From assembly GCA_045613685.1 (NCBI GenBank), contig JAZLBL010000048.1:31760-95759 (forward strand): DNA of 64,000 bases, in the 5' to 3' direction. This stretch comes from Candidatus Fimenecus sp. (GTDB lineage Bacteria; Bacillota; Clostridia; Oscillospirales; Acutalibacteraceae). A model generated the notes under the pieces. It was given only the letters and a program-made list of their open reading frames with translations. It searched no databases and was not told where the DNA came from. This document shows, one piece after another, positions 44,679 to 55,212 of the stretch. The position numbers and the translations under genes are program-made. How positions within the stretch are numbered: the stretch's first letter is position 1; each line of letters opens with the position of its first letter.

Positions 44679-46927
44679 CTTCGTGAATCACGGATAATCA
44701 TATTGCAAAGGTCATCAAAGCTTATTGGACGGCTCAAATAATAACCTTGAACAATATGGCAACCTTGTGTTTTCACATAGTCATATTGCTCTTCGGTTTC
44801 AACACCTTCTGCAATAAGAATCATACCAAGTTGTTTTGCCATTGTGATAATACACTCAATAATGTTTCTGCCACGTGGGTGAGCATAGTCATCAATAAAA
44901 GTCTTATCAAGTTTTAAGAAATCAACAGGTAATGATTTGAGAAGCATCAATGAAGAATATCCTGTGCCAAAGTCATCCATAAGAATTTTAAAACCTGATT
45001 TATGAAGTTTGCGGAGCATTTTAATAAAGCTCTTATTGTTTTCAAACAATGTGGTTTCTGTAATTTCAAGTTGAATGTGCGAAATGTCGGCACCTGTTTC
45101 TTTGACAATTTCAAGATATTTTTCGTTGAACTTTGAATCATAAAGAGACTGCTGTGATACATTGACAGAAATGTCAATAGGTTCTAACCCTTTTTCTTTC
45201 ATTTTAGTCTGCATTATGCAAGCCTGTTCAAATGCAAATTTGTCAAGTTCTTTAACAAGACCACGTTCTTCTGCCAGGGGAACAAACTCGGCAGGTGAAA
45301 CCGCTGTGCCGTCTGGTTTGAACCAACGAATGAGAGTTTCTGCACCACAAAGTTTATCGTTTTCAGTGCTGAATTGTGGTTGGAATACAACTGACAATTC
45401 GCGATTTTCAATGGCATGAATAAGTTCGTCTGCAAAAATCTTTTTCTGAGTGAGTTCCTTTTTAAGACTATCATTATAGAAAGAAATGAGAGTGTCGCTA
45501 TCACCCTTGACAAGTGATTTTGCCATAACAGCACTGTTTTGCATCTGCTGAATATTTGTGTTTTTCTCTTCAATAAGATAAACACCGATACTTGGTGTGA
45601 GAATATAATCAGACATTACACCATTGTTTTGCACTGTGCATTTCTGACAGAATTCTTCAAGACGATTACGAAGTTCATTTTCGTTATTATATTGCATATA
45701 AACTGCAAAACGGTCGGCAGCAATTCTTCCAACAAATTCGTTTTCTCTTAAAACGCTTTGCCATATTTCGTGAACAAAATTTATTGTGCTGTTACCTTGT
45801 TCATAACTGTAATAATCGTTAATCAATTTAAAATTGTCAAGGTCCATAACGATATAAGCAGCTTTTTTACCTTTTACAAGTTGCTTTTTAACATCAACAC
45901 AGAATTTAGCATAAGATAAGCCACCTGTAAGACTATCTTTATAGAGAATTTTATCAAGGTCTGCTTGTTTTCTTCTTTCAGCAGAAACAACAATATAAAT
46001 CAACATTGCGAAAAGTGAAATCAAGAAGAAACAGATAATCACAAGAATTGAAAGAACCATATTTCTGCTTGCATTCACACTCATAGCAGGCACAACAGAG
46101 AATAAATACCAGTCATTGAAATTAAGAGGAGCATAATAGAGATAGAACTGACTGCCCTGTGATGACATCAATACGCCGGATTCGCCATTTTTCATATCTT
46201 CTTTAATGTCAACAATTCTTGAGCCTTGATATTTTTCGTCCATTGGTACGGCATTAAAAACGTTTTCAATGTTTTGATATTTTTTTATACTGTGTGTACT
46301 TATAATATTGTTACCTTCTGAGTCGACAACATAGAAAAATTCAGTATTTCCAAAAGAATCAGAAACAAAATTTTGCTTGATTTCTTCAACGGTGAAAGAG
46401 AAGAACAGAATAGAATTAACTTCACCATTAGCATACAAAGGATAATGCATAATAAACATTGTGTCACCATCAATGCTTTCGTCCGTGCTCATTCGGCGAA
46501 CGGTGAGAGTGCCTTTTTCAACACATTCACTGATGTGTTGTGTGTGTGGTAAAGTTGTGCTTTTGCCGTCAGAAGTATAGCAAGTGCCATCTAAAAGTGC
46601 CACGCCAAAGCGTTTATATGCAATGGTTGTAGGAATATCGTCAATGCTTTTTACAGCTAATTTAGGATTTGTTCTTAAATTTTCAGGAATACTGTTTGCA
46701 ACGCTCACAACAAAAGATGCTTGCTCTTGGAATTTAAAACCAGTTGATTCGGCATTCTTTTTAGAAATTTCTTCAAGCATTTCTTGGTTTTGAATATCCA
46801 TGATTTTAGTCATAAGCATTGGTGAAATAACAAGTACAACCAAAGCCAAAAGACACAGTATTCCTACAAATATATATCGTTTAAACGGTTTTTTATATGG
46901 CTTTTTCTCTTTCATTTTCATTACCAC
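44675..46927 (-). CDS. Membrane sensor protein: periplasmic Cache-like domain, degenerate GGDEF and intact EAL (c-di-GMP phosphodiesterase)
   Basis: Two TM segments flank a ~250-aa extracytoplasmic region. The GGDEF site reads RIAADRF. EAL motifs are GAETLIRW, NVS, EITE, DDFGTGYSS, KLDK, EGVET and QGYY. Confidence 0.85.
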   Translation of the reverse strand: MVMKMKEKKPYKKPFKRYIFVGILCLLALVVLVISPMLMTKIMDIQNQEMLEEISKKNAESTGFKFQEQASFVVSVANSIPENLRTNPKLAVKSIDDIPTTIAYKRFGVALLDGTCYTSDGKSTTLPHTQHISECVEKGTLTVRRMSTDESIDGDTMFIMHYPLYANGEVNSILFFSFTVEEIKQNFVSDSFGNTEFFYVVDSEGNNIISTHSIKKYQNIENVFNAVPMDEKYQGSRIVDIKEDMKNGESGVLMSSQGSQFYLYYAPLNFNDWYLFSVVPAMSVNASRNMVLSILVIICFFLISLFAMLIYIVVSAERRKQADLDKILYKDSLTGGLSYAKFCVDVKKQLVKGKKAAYIVMDLDNFKLINDYYSYEQGNSTINFVHEIWQSVLRENEFVGRIAADRFAVYMQYNNENELRNRLEEFCQKCTVQNNGVMSDYILTPSIGVYLIEEKNTNIQQMQNSAVMAKSLVKGDSDTLISFYNDSLKKELTQKKIFADELIHAIENRELSVVFQPQFSTENDKLCGAETLIRWFKPDGTAVSPAEFVPLAEERGLVKELDKFAFEQACIMQTKMKEKGLEPIDISVNVSQQSLYDSKFNEKYLEIVKETGADISHIQLEITETTLFENNKSFIKMLRKLHKSGFKILMDDFGTGYSSLMLLKSLPVDFLKLDKTFIDDYAHPRGRNIIECIITMAKQLGMILIAEGVETEEQYDYVKTQGCHIVQGYYLSRPISFDDLCNMIIRDSRS

Positions 46928-47056
46928 CGTCCATAAATTATCTAAAATTTACCTATTATAAATTATAACAATTTGAGAAACAAAAATAAATGGTAATAAT
47001 TAATAAAAGAAACAAAGAATTTAATGCACAATAACTAATTTGACTGTTGAATTTGA

Positions 47057-47085
47057 TTGACACCAAATGCTATTTGGTGTACTAT
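47057..47085 (+). promoter_or_regulatory. Candidate promoter with an embedded perfect palindrome (operator-like)
   Basis: TTGACA (47057-47062), 17 nt, TACTAT (47080-47085). The spacer is CACCAAAT-GCT-ATTTGGTG (47061-47079). Confidence 0.45.
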
Positions 47086-47121
47086 TATTGTATATAATTA
47101 TGCTTAAAAGGGGCGTAAAAA

Positions 47122-48762
47122 ATGAACTTTAAAGAAAAGTTTGATTATTGGTGCAGTTTCGACGAAGAAACAAAAAAAGAGCTTCTCGAAATAACCGACG
47201 AAAAAGAAATTGAAGACAGATTTTATAAAGATTTAGAATTCGGCACGGGTGGACTTCGTGGCATTATGGGTGCAGGTCCTAACCGAATGAATAGATATAC
47301 AATCGCAAAAGCAACAAAGGGTTATGCGGATTATCTCAAAAGTCGTTTTGATGGCGAAATAAGCGTTGCAATAGCTTTCGACTCAAGAAACAATTCACAA
47401 TATTTCTCACAAGTTGCAGCAGGGGTGCTTGCAGCAAATGGAATAAAAGTTTACATATATGACAGCCTTATGCCAACACCTGTTTTGTCTTTTACTGCAA
47501 AGCATTTAGGTTGCAATGGTGGTATTGTGCTCACTGCAAGTCATAACCCAAAAGAATATAACGGCTATAAAATCTATGACGAAAAAGGTTGTCAGTTAGT
47601 GCCACAGTTTGCGAGTCAGGTAATAGATTTTGTAAACACAATCACAGATTTGAAATCAGTTGAAGTTATGGATTTTGACACAGGTGTTGAAAGTGGCAAA
47701 ATCATTGTAATTGGTGAAGAAATTCTTGACGAATTCCTTAATGAAGTAAAAAAACAATCAATATACAGCGAAAAATCAGACCTTAAAATTGTCTATACAG
47801 CTCTTCACGGCACAGGTAATATCCCTGTTAGAAAAGCGCTCACTGGAATGAATGTTTCAATCGTAAAATCACAAGAATTGCCTGATGGTAATTTCAGCAC
47901 GGTCCGTTCACCAAACCCAGAAGAAAAAGATGCATTGACCATTGCTATCGAACAAGCAAAGTTAGAAAATGCAGATTTGGTTTTGGGCACTGACCCTGAC
48001 TGTGACCGTGTAGGCACTGCAGTTTTACATAATGGTGAATATGTTCTCATAACAGGTAATCAAATTGGTGCATTGCTCGTTGACTTTGTTCTTTCAAATA
48101 GAAAAGACACATTAAACGAAAAATCAACTCTTGTAAAGACTATTGTTACAAGTGAAGTTGGTGCAGATATTGCAAGAAGTTATGGACTTCAAATCGTTGA
48201 CACTCTCACAGGCTTTAAATATATCGGCGACCAGATAGGTAGATACGAAATAAACAAAGATAAAGAATTTGTTATCGGTTATGAAGAATCTTATGGTTAT
48301 CTTGTTGGTACCCACGCTCGTGATAAGGATGCAGTTGTTTCTTCAATGCTTATCTGTCAGATGGCAGCATATCACAAAAACAATGGCAGAACACTCATTG
48401 ATGCTCTTAATGAAATCTATGCAAAATATGGTTTCTATCTTGATGCACTTGATACCTTTGTACTTAAAGGTAAAGATGGCGCAGAAAAAATCCAAAGCAT
48501 AATGACCGATATGCGTGAAAATGGTGAATCACTCTTTGATAACATTAAAAATGCCCTTGACTATTCAAAGGGTATCGACGATTTACCAAAAGAAAATGTG
48601 CTTAAATACACATTCACAGATGGTAGTTGGATTGCAATCCGTCCATCAGGCACAGAGCCAAAACTTAAAGTTTATTATTCAATTTGTGGTGAAACAAAGA
48701 CTATTGCAACAGAGAAATTAGATAATATCCGTGCAATTTTAAAAGATGTAATTGAGGGTTAA
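47122..48762 (+). CDS. Phosphoglucomutase / phosphomannomutase family phospho-sugar mutase
   Basis: Active-site TASHNPKEYNGYK, metal loop GTDPDCDR, sugar loop GYEESYG, phosphate loop RPSGTEP. Confidence 0.9.
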   Translation: MNFKEKFDYWCSFDEETKKELLEITDEKEIEDRFYKDLEFGTGGLRGIMGAGPNRMNRYTIAKATKGYADYLKSRFDGEISVAIAFDSRNNSQYFSQVAAGVLAANGIKVYIYDSLMPTPVLSFTAKHLGCNGGIVLTASHNPKEYNGYKIYDEKGCQLVPQFASQVIDFVNTITDLKSVEVMDFDTGVESGKIIVIGEEILDEFLNEVKKQSIYSEKSDLKIVYTALHGTGNIPVRKALTGMNVSIVKSQELPDGNFSTVRSPNPEEKDALTIAIEQAKLENADLVLGTDPDCDRVGTAVLHNGEYVLITGNQIGALLVDFVLSNRKDTLNEKSTLVKTIVTSEVGADIARSYGLQIVDTLTGFKYIGDQIGRYEINKDKEFVIGYEESYGYLVGTHARDKDAVVSSMLICQMAAYHKNNGRTLIDALNEIYAKYGFYLDALDTFVLKGKDGAEKIQSIMTDMRENGESLFDNIKNALDYSKGIDDLPKENVLKYTFTDGSWIAIRPSGTEPKLKVYYSICGETKTIATEKLDNIRAILKDVIEG

Positions 48763-48764
48763 TT

Positions 48765-49001
48765 ATGGAAAGATATATAAATCTTATTATCAAACCTAAA
48801 CTTCAAGGTGATGGTGGCGAAATCGACTTTGTGTCTTATGAAGACGGAATTCTCACCGTGCTTTTGCAGGGCGAATGTTCAAAATGCTTAATCGTTGACC
48901 GTTGTCTTTCATGGATTGAAAGCGAAGTTATGCGTGATATGGGCGAAAGTGTAAAAGTTGTGGCGCAGAAGAAAAAGCCTTTCTTCTGGGACAAAGATTA
49001 A
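48765..49001 (+). CDS. NifU-like (Nfu C-terminal domain) small protein
   Basis: LQGDGGEIDFVSYEDGILTVLLQGECSKC pattern. Starts 2 nt after the pgm stop. Confidence 0.7.
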   Translation: MERYINLIIKPKLQGDGGEIDFVSYEDGILTVLLQGECSKCLIVDRCLSWIESEVMRDMGESVKVVAQKKKPFFWDKD

Positions 49002-49016
49002 AGGGGGACGCATAAA

Positions 49017-51950
49017 ATGGCACATATTAAAGTAGTTAGAAGAAGTATGCGTCCTGAAGAATGGACAGATTTACGCTTCGGTTGGCTCAAAAGATACATA
49101 TATGAAGAAAAGTTTGAAATAGAAAACATCAAAGTCCGTGATGCTCGTCAAGTGGCTGAGTTGCAATATGATTATTACCCTGAGGGTTGGCGTAATCTTC
49201 ATAAAGGGGATATGTATTTCACTCCGGACGGCACTGCATTTTTTGATGCAGATGTAGTAATCCCTGAAAAACTTCGTGGTAAAGAGCTTTGGTTTTCACT
49301 TAAAACTGCCGCTGAAATTATTGTTAAAGTTAATGGCAAATATGTTGGTGGTGTTGACCCTAACCGCGATAGAATCCTTTTGACACCTTATATTGATTCT
49401 GATTACCTTCATTTTGAAATGGAAGGTTATAATCGCTCAAAGCCAGATGATGAGAGAAACCCCGAATCATTGTCAGTTCGTGGTTGTCGTCAGATTTTTG
49501 AAGGTGCATATTTAGTAACTATTAACCATACTGTTCTTGATTTGGTTTATGACCTTGAACTTCTTTTAGATATTGCAAAGAGTGACCTTTTCAATGAAGA
49601 TTATCGAGCATTTTTAAACCGAGAAATCAACAATGCACTTAATCTTATTGATTTCGATGACCTTAAAAATGAAGATGTTGCAAGTGCAAAGAAATATGTT
49701 GATGATGCAATTTATGCAAATGACGATTATAAAGGCAATGGTGATGTGGCGCTCATTGCACACTCACACCTTGATATTGCATATTATTGGCGTCGCATTC
49801 ATTCAGTACAAAAAAATCTTCGCACAATTCTCATTCAACTTCGTTTGATGGATAGATATCCTGATTTCAAATACACTCATACACAGGCATATACTTATGA
49901 ATTGCTTGAAAAGTATTATCCTGATGTGTTTGAAGAATTGAAAGAGAAAATAGCAAGGGGACAATTTGAGCCGGTCGGTGCTATGTATGTTGAGCCTGAC
50001 TGTAATATTCCAAACGCTGAGAGCCTTATCCGTCAATGTATGTATGGTCAGCACTATTTCCGTGAAAAATTCGGCAAGACCATCAACAACTGTTGGTTAC
50101 CTGATGTATTCGGCAACTCTTGGATTTTGCCACAAATTCTTAAAAAGAGTGGCGTTGACTATTTTGTATCAAACAAAATGTCAACATGGAATGACACAAA
50201 TAGATTCCCACATAACAACTTTATCTGGAAAGGTATTGACGGCAGCGAAGTTTGTGCTTGCGTGCCACCAACTCACTTTATAACTTGGAATATGCCTTCA
50301 CAGATTCAAGAAAACTGGGAAGCATATCAGGATAAAAACCTTGGTGGACAAACTATGTCTATGTTTGGTTATGGCGACGGTGGTAGTGGTTGCACAGAAG
50401 AAATGATTGAAGTTATGCATCGTTTCAATAAACTTTCAATTATGCCAAAAACTGAGCATATAAGTGGTGCAGAATTTTTAGAGAAGAATCTCAAAGATAA
50501 CGAAAATCTCGCAAAATGGGATGGCGAATTATATCTAGAAATGCATCGTGGCACATTCACCACAAAATCAAAGATGAAGAGATATAACCGCAAGCTCGAA
50601 TTCAAACTTCGTGAAGCAGAAATGATTTCAACACTCCGCCATTTAAGGGGTGCGGCTTATCCATATGAAGAGTTACGAGAAATTTATAAAAAATTCCTTG
50701 TGAATCAATTCCACGATATTTTACCGGGTAGCCACATCACACCGGTTTATCGTGATGCAATGGATGATTATGAAGATATTGAAACTCGTCTTGATAAAAT
50801 TATTGGCACAGGTGAAAAATACTTTAACTCTCTTAATTTTCCAAGAACACATCTCACATTCATTGAAGACGAAAACGGCAAGAGTATTCGTTTCGGCAAG
50901 CAGGGTAATTGGGTGATTCCAAATCTTCAAGCACTTTCTTGTGGGGATATTCCTTGGCGTACTTATGCAGGTGAATGGCTTGAAATCGGCAAAAAGATTA
51001 TTACACCATTCTATGAAATCGAGTTTAACTATGACGGTAGCATAAAGAGTCTTTATGATAAAGAGCTGGACCGTGAATGGGTAAATGGTGAGTTCAACAA
51101 ACTCAAGCTTTATAAAGATAATCCTGGTGTTTATGACGCTTGGGATATTCTTCCTAACTATAAAGACCGTGAAGTAGAAGTGAAAATTATTTCACCACTT
51201 AAAATAATTGAAAGAAATTCAGAAGTTGCATCTTTTGAGTGTATTCTCGGCACAGAAAAAAGCACTTGGAAACGCATTATCCGAGTTTTCCGTCAGTCAC
51301 GTGGCATTGAAGTTGAAAATATCGTTGACTGGAATGAAAAACACGTGCTTGCAAAAGCACAGTTTGATTGCAACGTGCTCACAAGAAAAGCAATTTGTGA
51401 TACAAGTGCAGGTTTCGTAGAGCGTGAAACTCACAGAAATACAACCTGGCAACAGGCTCGTTTTGAAGTTTGTCATCACAAATGGGTTGATATGGCAGAA
51501 ACCGATGGTGGTATCGCTCTTATCAACGACTCAAAATATGGTGTGGGGCTTTTAGAAAACTCAATGAGTTTAAGTCTTCTTCGTGCAACAATTCGCCCTG
51601 ATGTTACAAGCGATTTGGGACATCACGAGTTTAGTTATATGATTTATCCACATGGTGACGATTTCGTGAAGGCAGAAATCAATAATATTGCTTATGAATA
51701 CAACATCCCACTCACAAAAGCAGATTTGACTTGTGAAAATTCATTTGGTGAACTTTATATGCAAGCAATGAAGATGAGTGAAAACGGCAAGATGATTGTT
51801 ATAAGACTTTCAGAGCAGAATGGTCGTCGTGGCAAAATTGAGCTTGGTGGCAAGGTTAAACTTCTCAACTTCCTTGAAGATGTTGTTGATGAAGTAGATA
51901 CTGTTGAATACAAGCCATTTGAAATTGTGACTATAGGAATAGAAACATAA
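49017..51950 (+). CDS. GH38 alpha-mannosidase
   Basis: HSHLDIAYYW metal site, WLPDVFG, QFHDILPGS. 977 aa with no signal peptide. Confidence 0.9.
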   Translation: MAHIKVVRRSMRPEEWTDLRFGWLKRYIYEEKFEIENIKVRDARQVAELQYDYYPEGWRNLHKGDMYFTPDGTAFFDADVVIPEKLRGKELWFSLKTAAEIIVKVNGKYVGGVDPNRDRILLTPYIDSDYLHFEMEGYNRSKPDDERNPESLSVRGCRQIFEGAYLVTINHTVLDLVYDLELLLDIAKSDLFNEDYRAFLNREINNALNLIDFDDLKNEDVASAKKYVDDAIYANDDYKGNGDVALIAHSHLDIAYYWRRIHSVQKNLRTILIQLRLMDRYPDFKYTHTQAYTYELLEKYYPDVFEELKEKIARGQFEPVGAMYVEPDCNIPNAESLIRQCMYGQHYFREKFGKTINNCWLPDVFGNSWILPQILKKSGVDYFVSNKMSTWNDTNRFPHNNFIWKGIDGSEVCACVPPTHFITWNMPSQIQENWEAYQDKNLGGQTMSMFGYGDGGSGCTEEMIEVMHRFNKLSIMPKTEHISGAEFLEKNLKDNENLAKWDGELYLEMHRGTFTTKSKMKRYNRKLEFKLREAEMISTLRHLRGAAYPYEELREIYKKFLVNQFHDILPGSHITPVYRDAMDDYEDIETRLDKIIGTGEKYFNSLNFPRTHLTFIEDENGKSIRFGKQGNWVIPNLQALSCGDIPWRTYAGEWLEIGKKIITPFYEIEFNYDGSIKSLYDKELDREWVNGEFNKLKLYKDNPGVYDAWDILPNYKDREVEVKIISPLKIIERNSEVASFECILGTEKSTWKRIIRVFRQSRGIEVENIVDWNEKHVLAKAQFDCNVLTRKAICDTSAGFVERETHRNTTWQQARFEVCHHKWVDMAETDGGIALINDSKYGVGLLENSMSLSLLRATIRPDVTSDLGHHEFSYMIYPHGDDFVKAEINNIAYEYNIPLTKADLTCENSFGELYMQAMKMSENGKMIVIRLSEQNGRRGKIELGGKVKLLNFLEDVVDEVDTVEYKPFEIVTIGIET

Positions 51951-52007
51951 ATTTAAAACACCCGTTTATCTTCCAATATTTTGGTAAAGATATAACGGGT
52001 GATTTTT

Positions 52008-53303
52008 ATGTTATCATTATGGTCTGCAACATCTGATATTCCATCATTTGACATATTGCAAGGGGATGCAAAAACTGATGTTTTAATAATTGGTGGTGGA
52101 CTTGCCGGAATTCTCTGTGCTTATGAATTGAAAAGCAGGGGAATAGACTGTATTTTGGTGGAAGCTGCTCAAATTTGTAGTGGAATTACCAAAAACACCA
52201 CTGCAAAAATAACATCACAACACGGATTCATCTATGATAAGATTACTAAAAAATTCGGTGTTGAGAATGCACAGAAATATCTTCAAGCTAACGAAAATGC
52301 AGTGAAAAAATATGCAAAACTTTGCAAAGATATTGAGTGTGATTTCCTAGAAAAAGATAATATCGTCTATTGTGTTGATAACTACAAAAAAGTTGAAAAA
52401 GAGTTAATCGCATTGCAAAATATCGGCTATAAAACCCAAATCGAATATAAATTACCCGTGCCAATAGGCATAGCGGGTGCAATCCGTTTTAAAAATCAGG
52501 CGCAGTTTAATCCACTTAAATTTGTTTCACATATCGTCAAAGACTTGAATATTTATGAAAACACAAAAGTTATTGAAATTCGTGATAACGTTGCAATTAC
52601 CAATAGGGGAAATATAAAAGCAGAGAATTTTATTGTTGCAACTCATTTTCCGTTTATGAATAAATATGGTGCATATTTTATGAAAATGTATCAACACAGG
52701 TCCTATGTAATCGCAATCGACCGAAACAATAACCTTGATGGAATGTATGTTGACGAAGCAAAAAAAGGAATGTCTTTTCGCAATGCAGAGGATTTGCTGT
52801 TGATTGGTGGTGGTGACCACCGCACAGGCAAACAGGGTGGTAGTTACAATGAATTGCGTCGTTTCGCAAAAACTTATTATCCAGAAAATCGCGAGAAATA
52901 TCACTGGGCGACGCAGGATTGTATGACTCTTGACAGTGTTGCTTATATCGGTGAATATTCGAAAAATACACCTAATATTTATGTTGCGACTGGGTTTAAT
53001 AAATGGGGAATGACTACATCAATGGTGGCGTCAGAAATTTTAAGCGATTTAATCAGCGGAAAGAAAAACGATTATGCCGACCTTTTCTCGCCACAGAGAA
53101 GTATATTGACGCCACAGTTGCCACTTAATATCGGTGAATCAGTGTTGGGTCTTATTGCACCGTCAACTAAGCGTTGTCCACACTTGGGTTGTGCTCTTAA
53201 ATGGAATAGTGCCGAGCGCACTTGGGATTGTCCTTGTCACGGGTCAAGATTTAGTGAAAAAGGTGAACTAATCGATAACCCTGCAACAGATGATTTGAAA
53301 TAG
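52008..53303 (+). CDS. FAD-dependent oxidoreductase fused to a C-terminal Rieske [2Fe-2S] domain
   Basis: DVLIIGGGLAGILCAYEL dinucleotide fold. Rieske motif CPHLGC...CPCHGSRF. An alternative GTG start is at 51999. Confidence 0.8.
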   Translation: MLSLWSATSDIPSFDILQGDAKTDVLIIGGGLAGILCAYELKSRGIDCILVEAAQICSGITKNTTAKITSQHGFIYDKITKKFGVENAQKYLQANENAVKKYAKLCKDIECDFLEKDNIVYCVDNYKKVEKELIALQNIGYKTQIEYKLPVPIGIAGAIRFKNQAQFNPLKFVSHIVKDLNIYENTKVIEIRDNVAITNRGNIKAENFIVATHFPFMNKYGAYFMKMYQHRSYVIAIDRNNNLDGMYVDEAKKGMSFRNAEDLLLIGGGDHRTGKQGGSYNELRRFAKTYYPENREKYHWATQDCMTLDSVAYIGEYSKNTPNIYVATGFNKWGMTTSMVASEILSDLISGKKNDYADLFSPQRSILTPQLPLNIGESVLGLIAPSTKRCPHLGCALKWNSAERTWDCPCHGSRFSEKGELIDNPATDDLK

Positions 53304-53311
53304 CAAACAAA

Positions 53312-53336
53312 AAAGTCGGTATTTCTACCGACTTTA
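53312..53336. terminator. Bidirectional terminator hairpin
   Basis: AGTCGGTA-TTTC-TACCGACT between convergent genes, flanked by A and T runs. Confidence 0.65.
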
Positions 53337-53338
53337 AT

Positions 53339-53998
53339 TTATTTTACCAATAATGGAATAACATTTTCTGCAATAATCTCATAGGCTTTTGCGTTAATAT
53401 GAAGTCCATCAAAAGTGAAGTCTTTATTTAATTCTCCGTGCTCGTCACTTAACTTGTCGCAAAGGTCAAGCCATACACAATTATGTTTCTTACAGATTTT
53501 GATAAATTCATTATTCATTTCCTTGATTTGCTTATTACTGCGTTTATCACTTCTGAATCGCATAGATTCATTTATAGGATAAACAGCTTCAACAATAAAA
53601 TTAACATCAGGACAAATCTTCTTGCTATCAGTAATAATTTTTTCAAGGTTTTGCATTGAAACTGAAAGTGGAACACCACGACTGATATCGTTTGTACCAA
53701 TAAGAAGAACAATGTTTTTAGGCTCAATAGAGAGCACATTATCATTAAGTCTTTCTAAAAGTCGGTCACTCGTGTCCCCACTAATACCGCGGTTATAAAC
53801 TGCTTGGCCACTTGATTTGCAGAAGTCATAAAACAGCTCATAATAGTTAAAGAAATCAGTAATTGAGTCACCTAAAAGCACAGTTTGATTTTTCAATGCA
53901 TATTTTTGATTCAATAGCGTATAATTGCTTTTTTTGGTAGCCATTTCGCGATTATACATAGTTCGAATTGAGAAGTCTTTTTTCTTTTTGAACAACAT
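53339..53998 (-). CDS. SGNH/GDSL-family hydrolase
   Basis: VLLGDSITD (block I Ser), GISGD, LIGTNDI, and DGLH near the C-terminus. ATG 53998 follows AAGGTG. Confidence 0.8.
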   Translation of the reverse strand: MLFKKKKDFSIRTMYNREMATKKSNYTLLNQKYALKNQTVLLGDSITDFFNYYELFYDFCKSSGQAVYNRGISGDTSDRLLERLNDNVLSIEPKNIVLLIGTNDISRGVPLSVSMQNLEKIITDSKKICPDVNFIVEAVYPINESMRFRSDKRSNKQIKEMNNEFIKICKKHNCVWLDLCDKLSDEHGELNKDFTFDGLHINAKAYEIIAENVIPLLVK

Positions 53999-54021
53999 AA
54001 AAACACCTTGATTTTGCTGGT

Positions 54022-55062
54022 TTATTCTGCGAGAAAATCTCTTTTCATAACACATTCTTCAAAGAATGAATTTGCAGTATCCATAACTGTCAAATCTTCT
54101 TTTGTAATGAGAGCGTAGTCAATTGACTGATAAATTTCATAGGCTTCCTGACTGTTTTCAGGTAATGAGCCAACTCTTGCAAAAATATCGTTGAGATATT
54201 GCTCGGCATCTTTTGCAAGATAAACATTGTGATATTTGCTTTCATAAAGAACGGTTCTTGCGTTCTTATTTTCTGCAATTCTGTTTTTAAGACCAACAGG
54301 ACTATTCTGCACATTAACTGTCATATCGTTACCACCGTGCATAACAAGTGTTGGAATTTGATTGCTAGAAATTGTTTCGCAAGAACGAAGAATACCAGCT
54401 TTACCGAATTTTAAAAGATTTACAAAATCAATAAAAGGCGACATAAATCTTATATCAGCTTTTGCTTTCATTTTAACCATATCAGAAAGCAATCTGTTAA
54501 GAGAATTAAATGGTGAGAATGCAACAATACCTTTGATTTCAACATCAGGGGATAAAGCAGATACATTACATACACTATATCCACCCCAAGAGTGGCCTAA
54601 AAGTAATAATGGCAACTCTTTAAGGTCTTCGCGGGTAGATACATATTTGATTGCGTGTTGCAAGTCAATAACACCTTGTGCAAATCCTTTAAGTTTTTTT
54701 CCTTCTGATTCACAAGTACCTGTATTGTCATAGGCTAAAACAAGATAACCTTTTTGTGCGAAATAGTTGATTTCGGTGGTATAAGCCAAATGCCCTGCAC
54801 CCATTCCGTGTGCAAAAACAATGAGTGCCTTATATTTATCAACCTTTGCGCTACTATAAAGAAATCCGTTAAGTGTTTGCCCACCATCAGATTTAAAACT
54901 GATTGGATGAGCGTTGAGATTATCAAAGTTTTTTGCTTTTAAATATTTAAGGTTTTCGTTACCCTCACATCTTTTATTAAGCCCTGCTGCATCAAGCATT
55001 TTTGAGGCTAAAATAATGAGAATTGCAATAACTGCGAGTATTCCCAACAAAATGTAAAGCAT
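54022..55062 (-). CDS. Alpha/beta hydrolase with N-terminal membrane anchor
   Basis: TM LYILLGILAVIAILIILA, nucleophile elbow GHSWGG, and HGGND late in the sequence. Confidence 0.8.
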   Translation of the reverse strand: MLYILLGILAVIAILIILASKMLDAAGLNKRCEGNENLKYLKAKNFDNLNAHPISFKSDGGQTLNGFLYSSAKVDKYKALIVFAHGMGAGHLAYTTEINYFAQKGYLVLAYDNTGTCESEGKKLKGFAQGVIDLQHAIKYVSTREDLKELPLLLLGHSWGGYSVCNVSALSPDVEIKGIVAFSPFNSLNRLLSDMVKMKAKADIRFMSPFIDFVNLLKFGKAGILRSCETISSNQIPTLVMHGGNDMTVNVQNSPVGLKNRIAENKNARTVLYESKYHNVYLAKDAEQYLNDIFARVGSLPENSQEAYEIYQSIDYALITKEDLTVMDTANSFFEECVMKRDFLAE

Positions 55063-55212
55063 AATATCCCTCCCTATAATTTAAATTATTTTATCATATT
55101 TTGTCGAATTTGTAAATATTCAGCTCAAACCGTCACATTTGTGTTGTTTTTGCGACAAATGTGTGATAAAATAAACAAAACATATTCGCCATTTATAGTA
55201 GAGGTGTCAAAA

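Noticed and set aside
51958-52007. Hairpin between the GH38 stop and the FAD/Rieske gene start as a terminator or attenuator
   Set aside because: The stem is interrupted (7 bp plus two short segments with bulges), the loop is ~14 nt (51973-51986) and the T-tract is weak, so the call is too uncertain.
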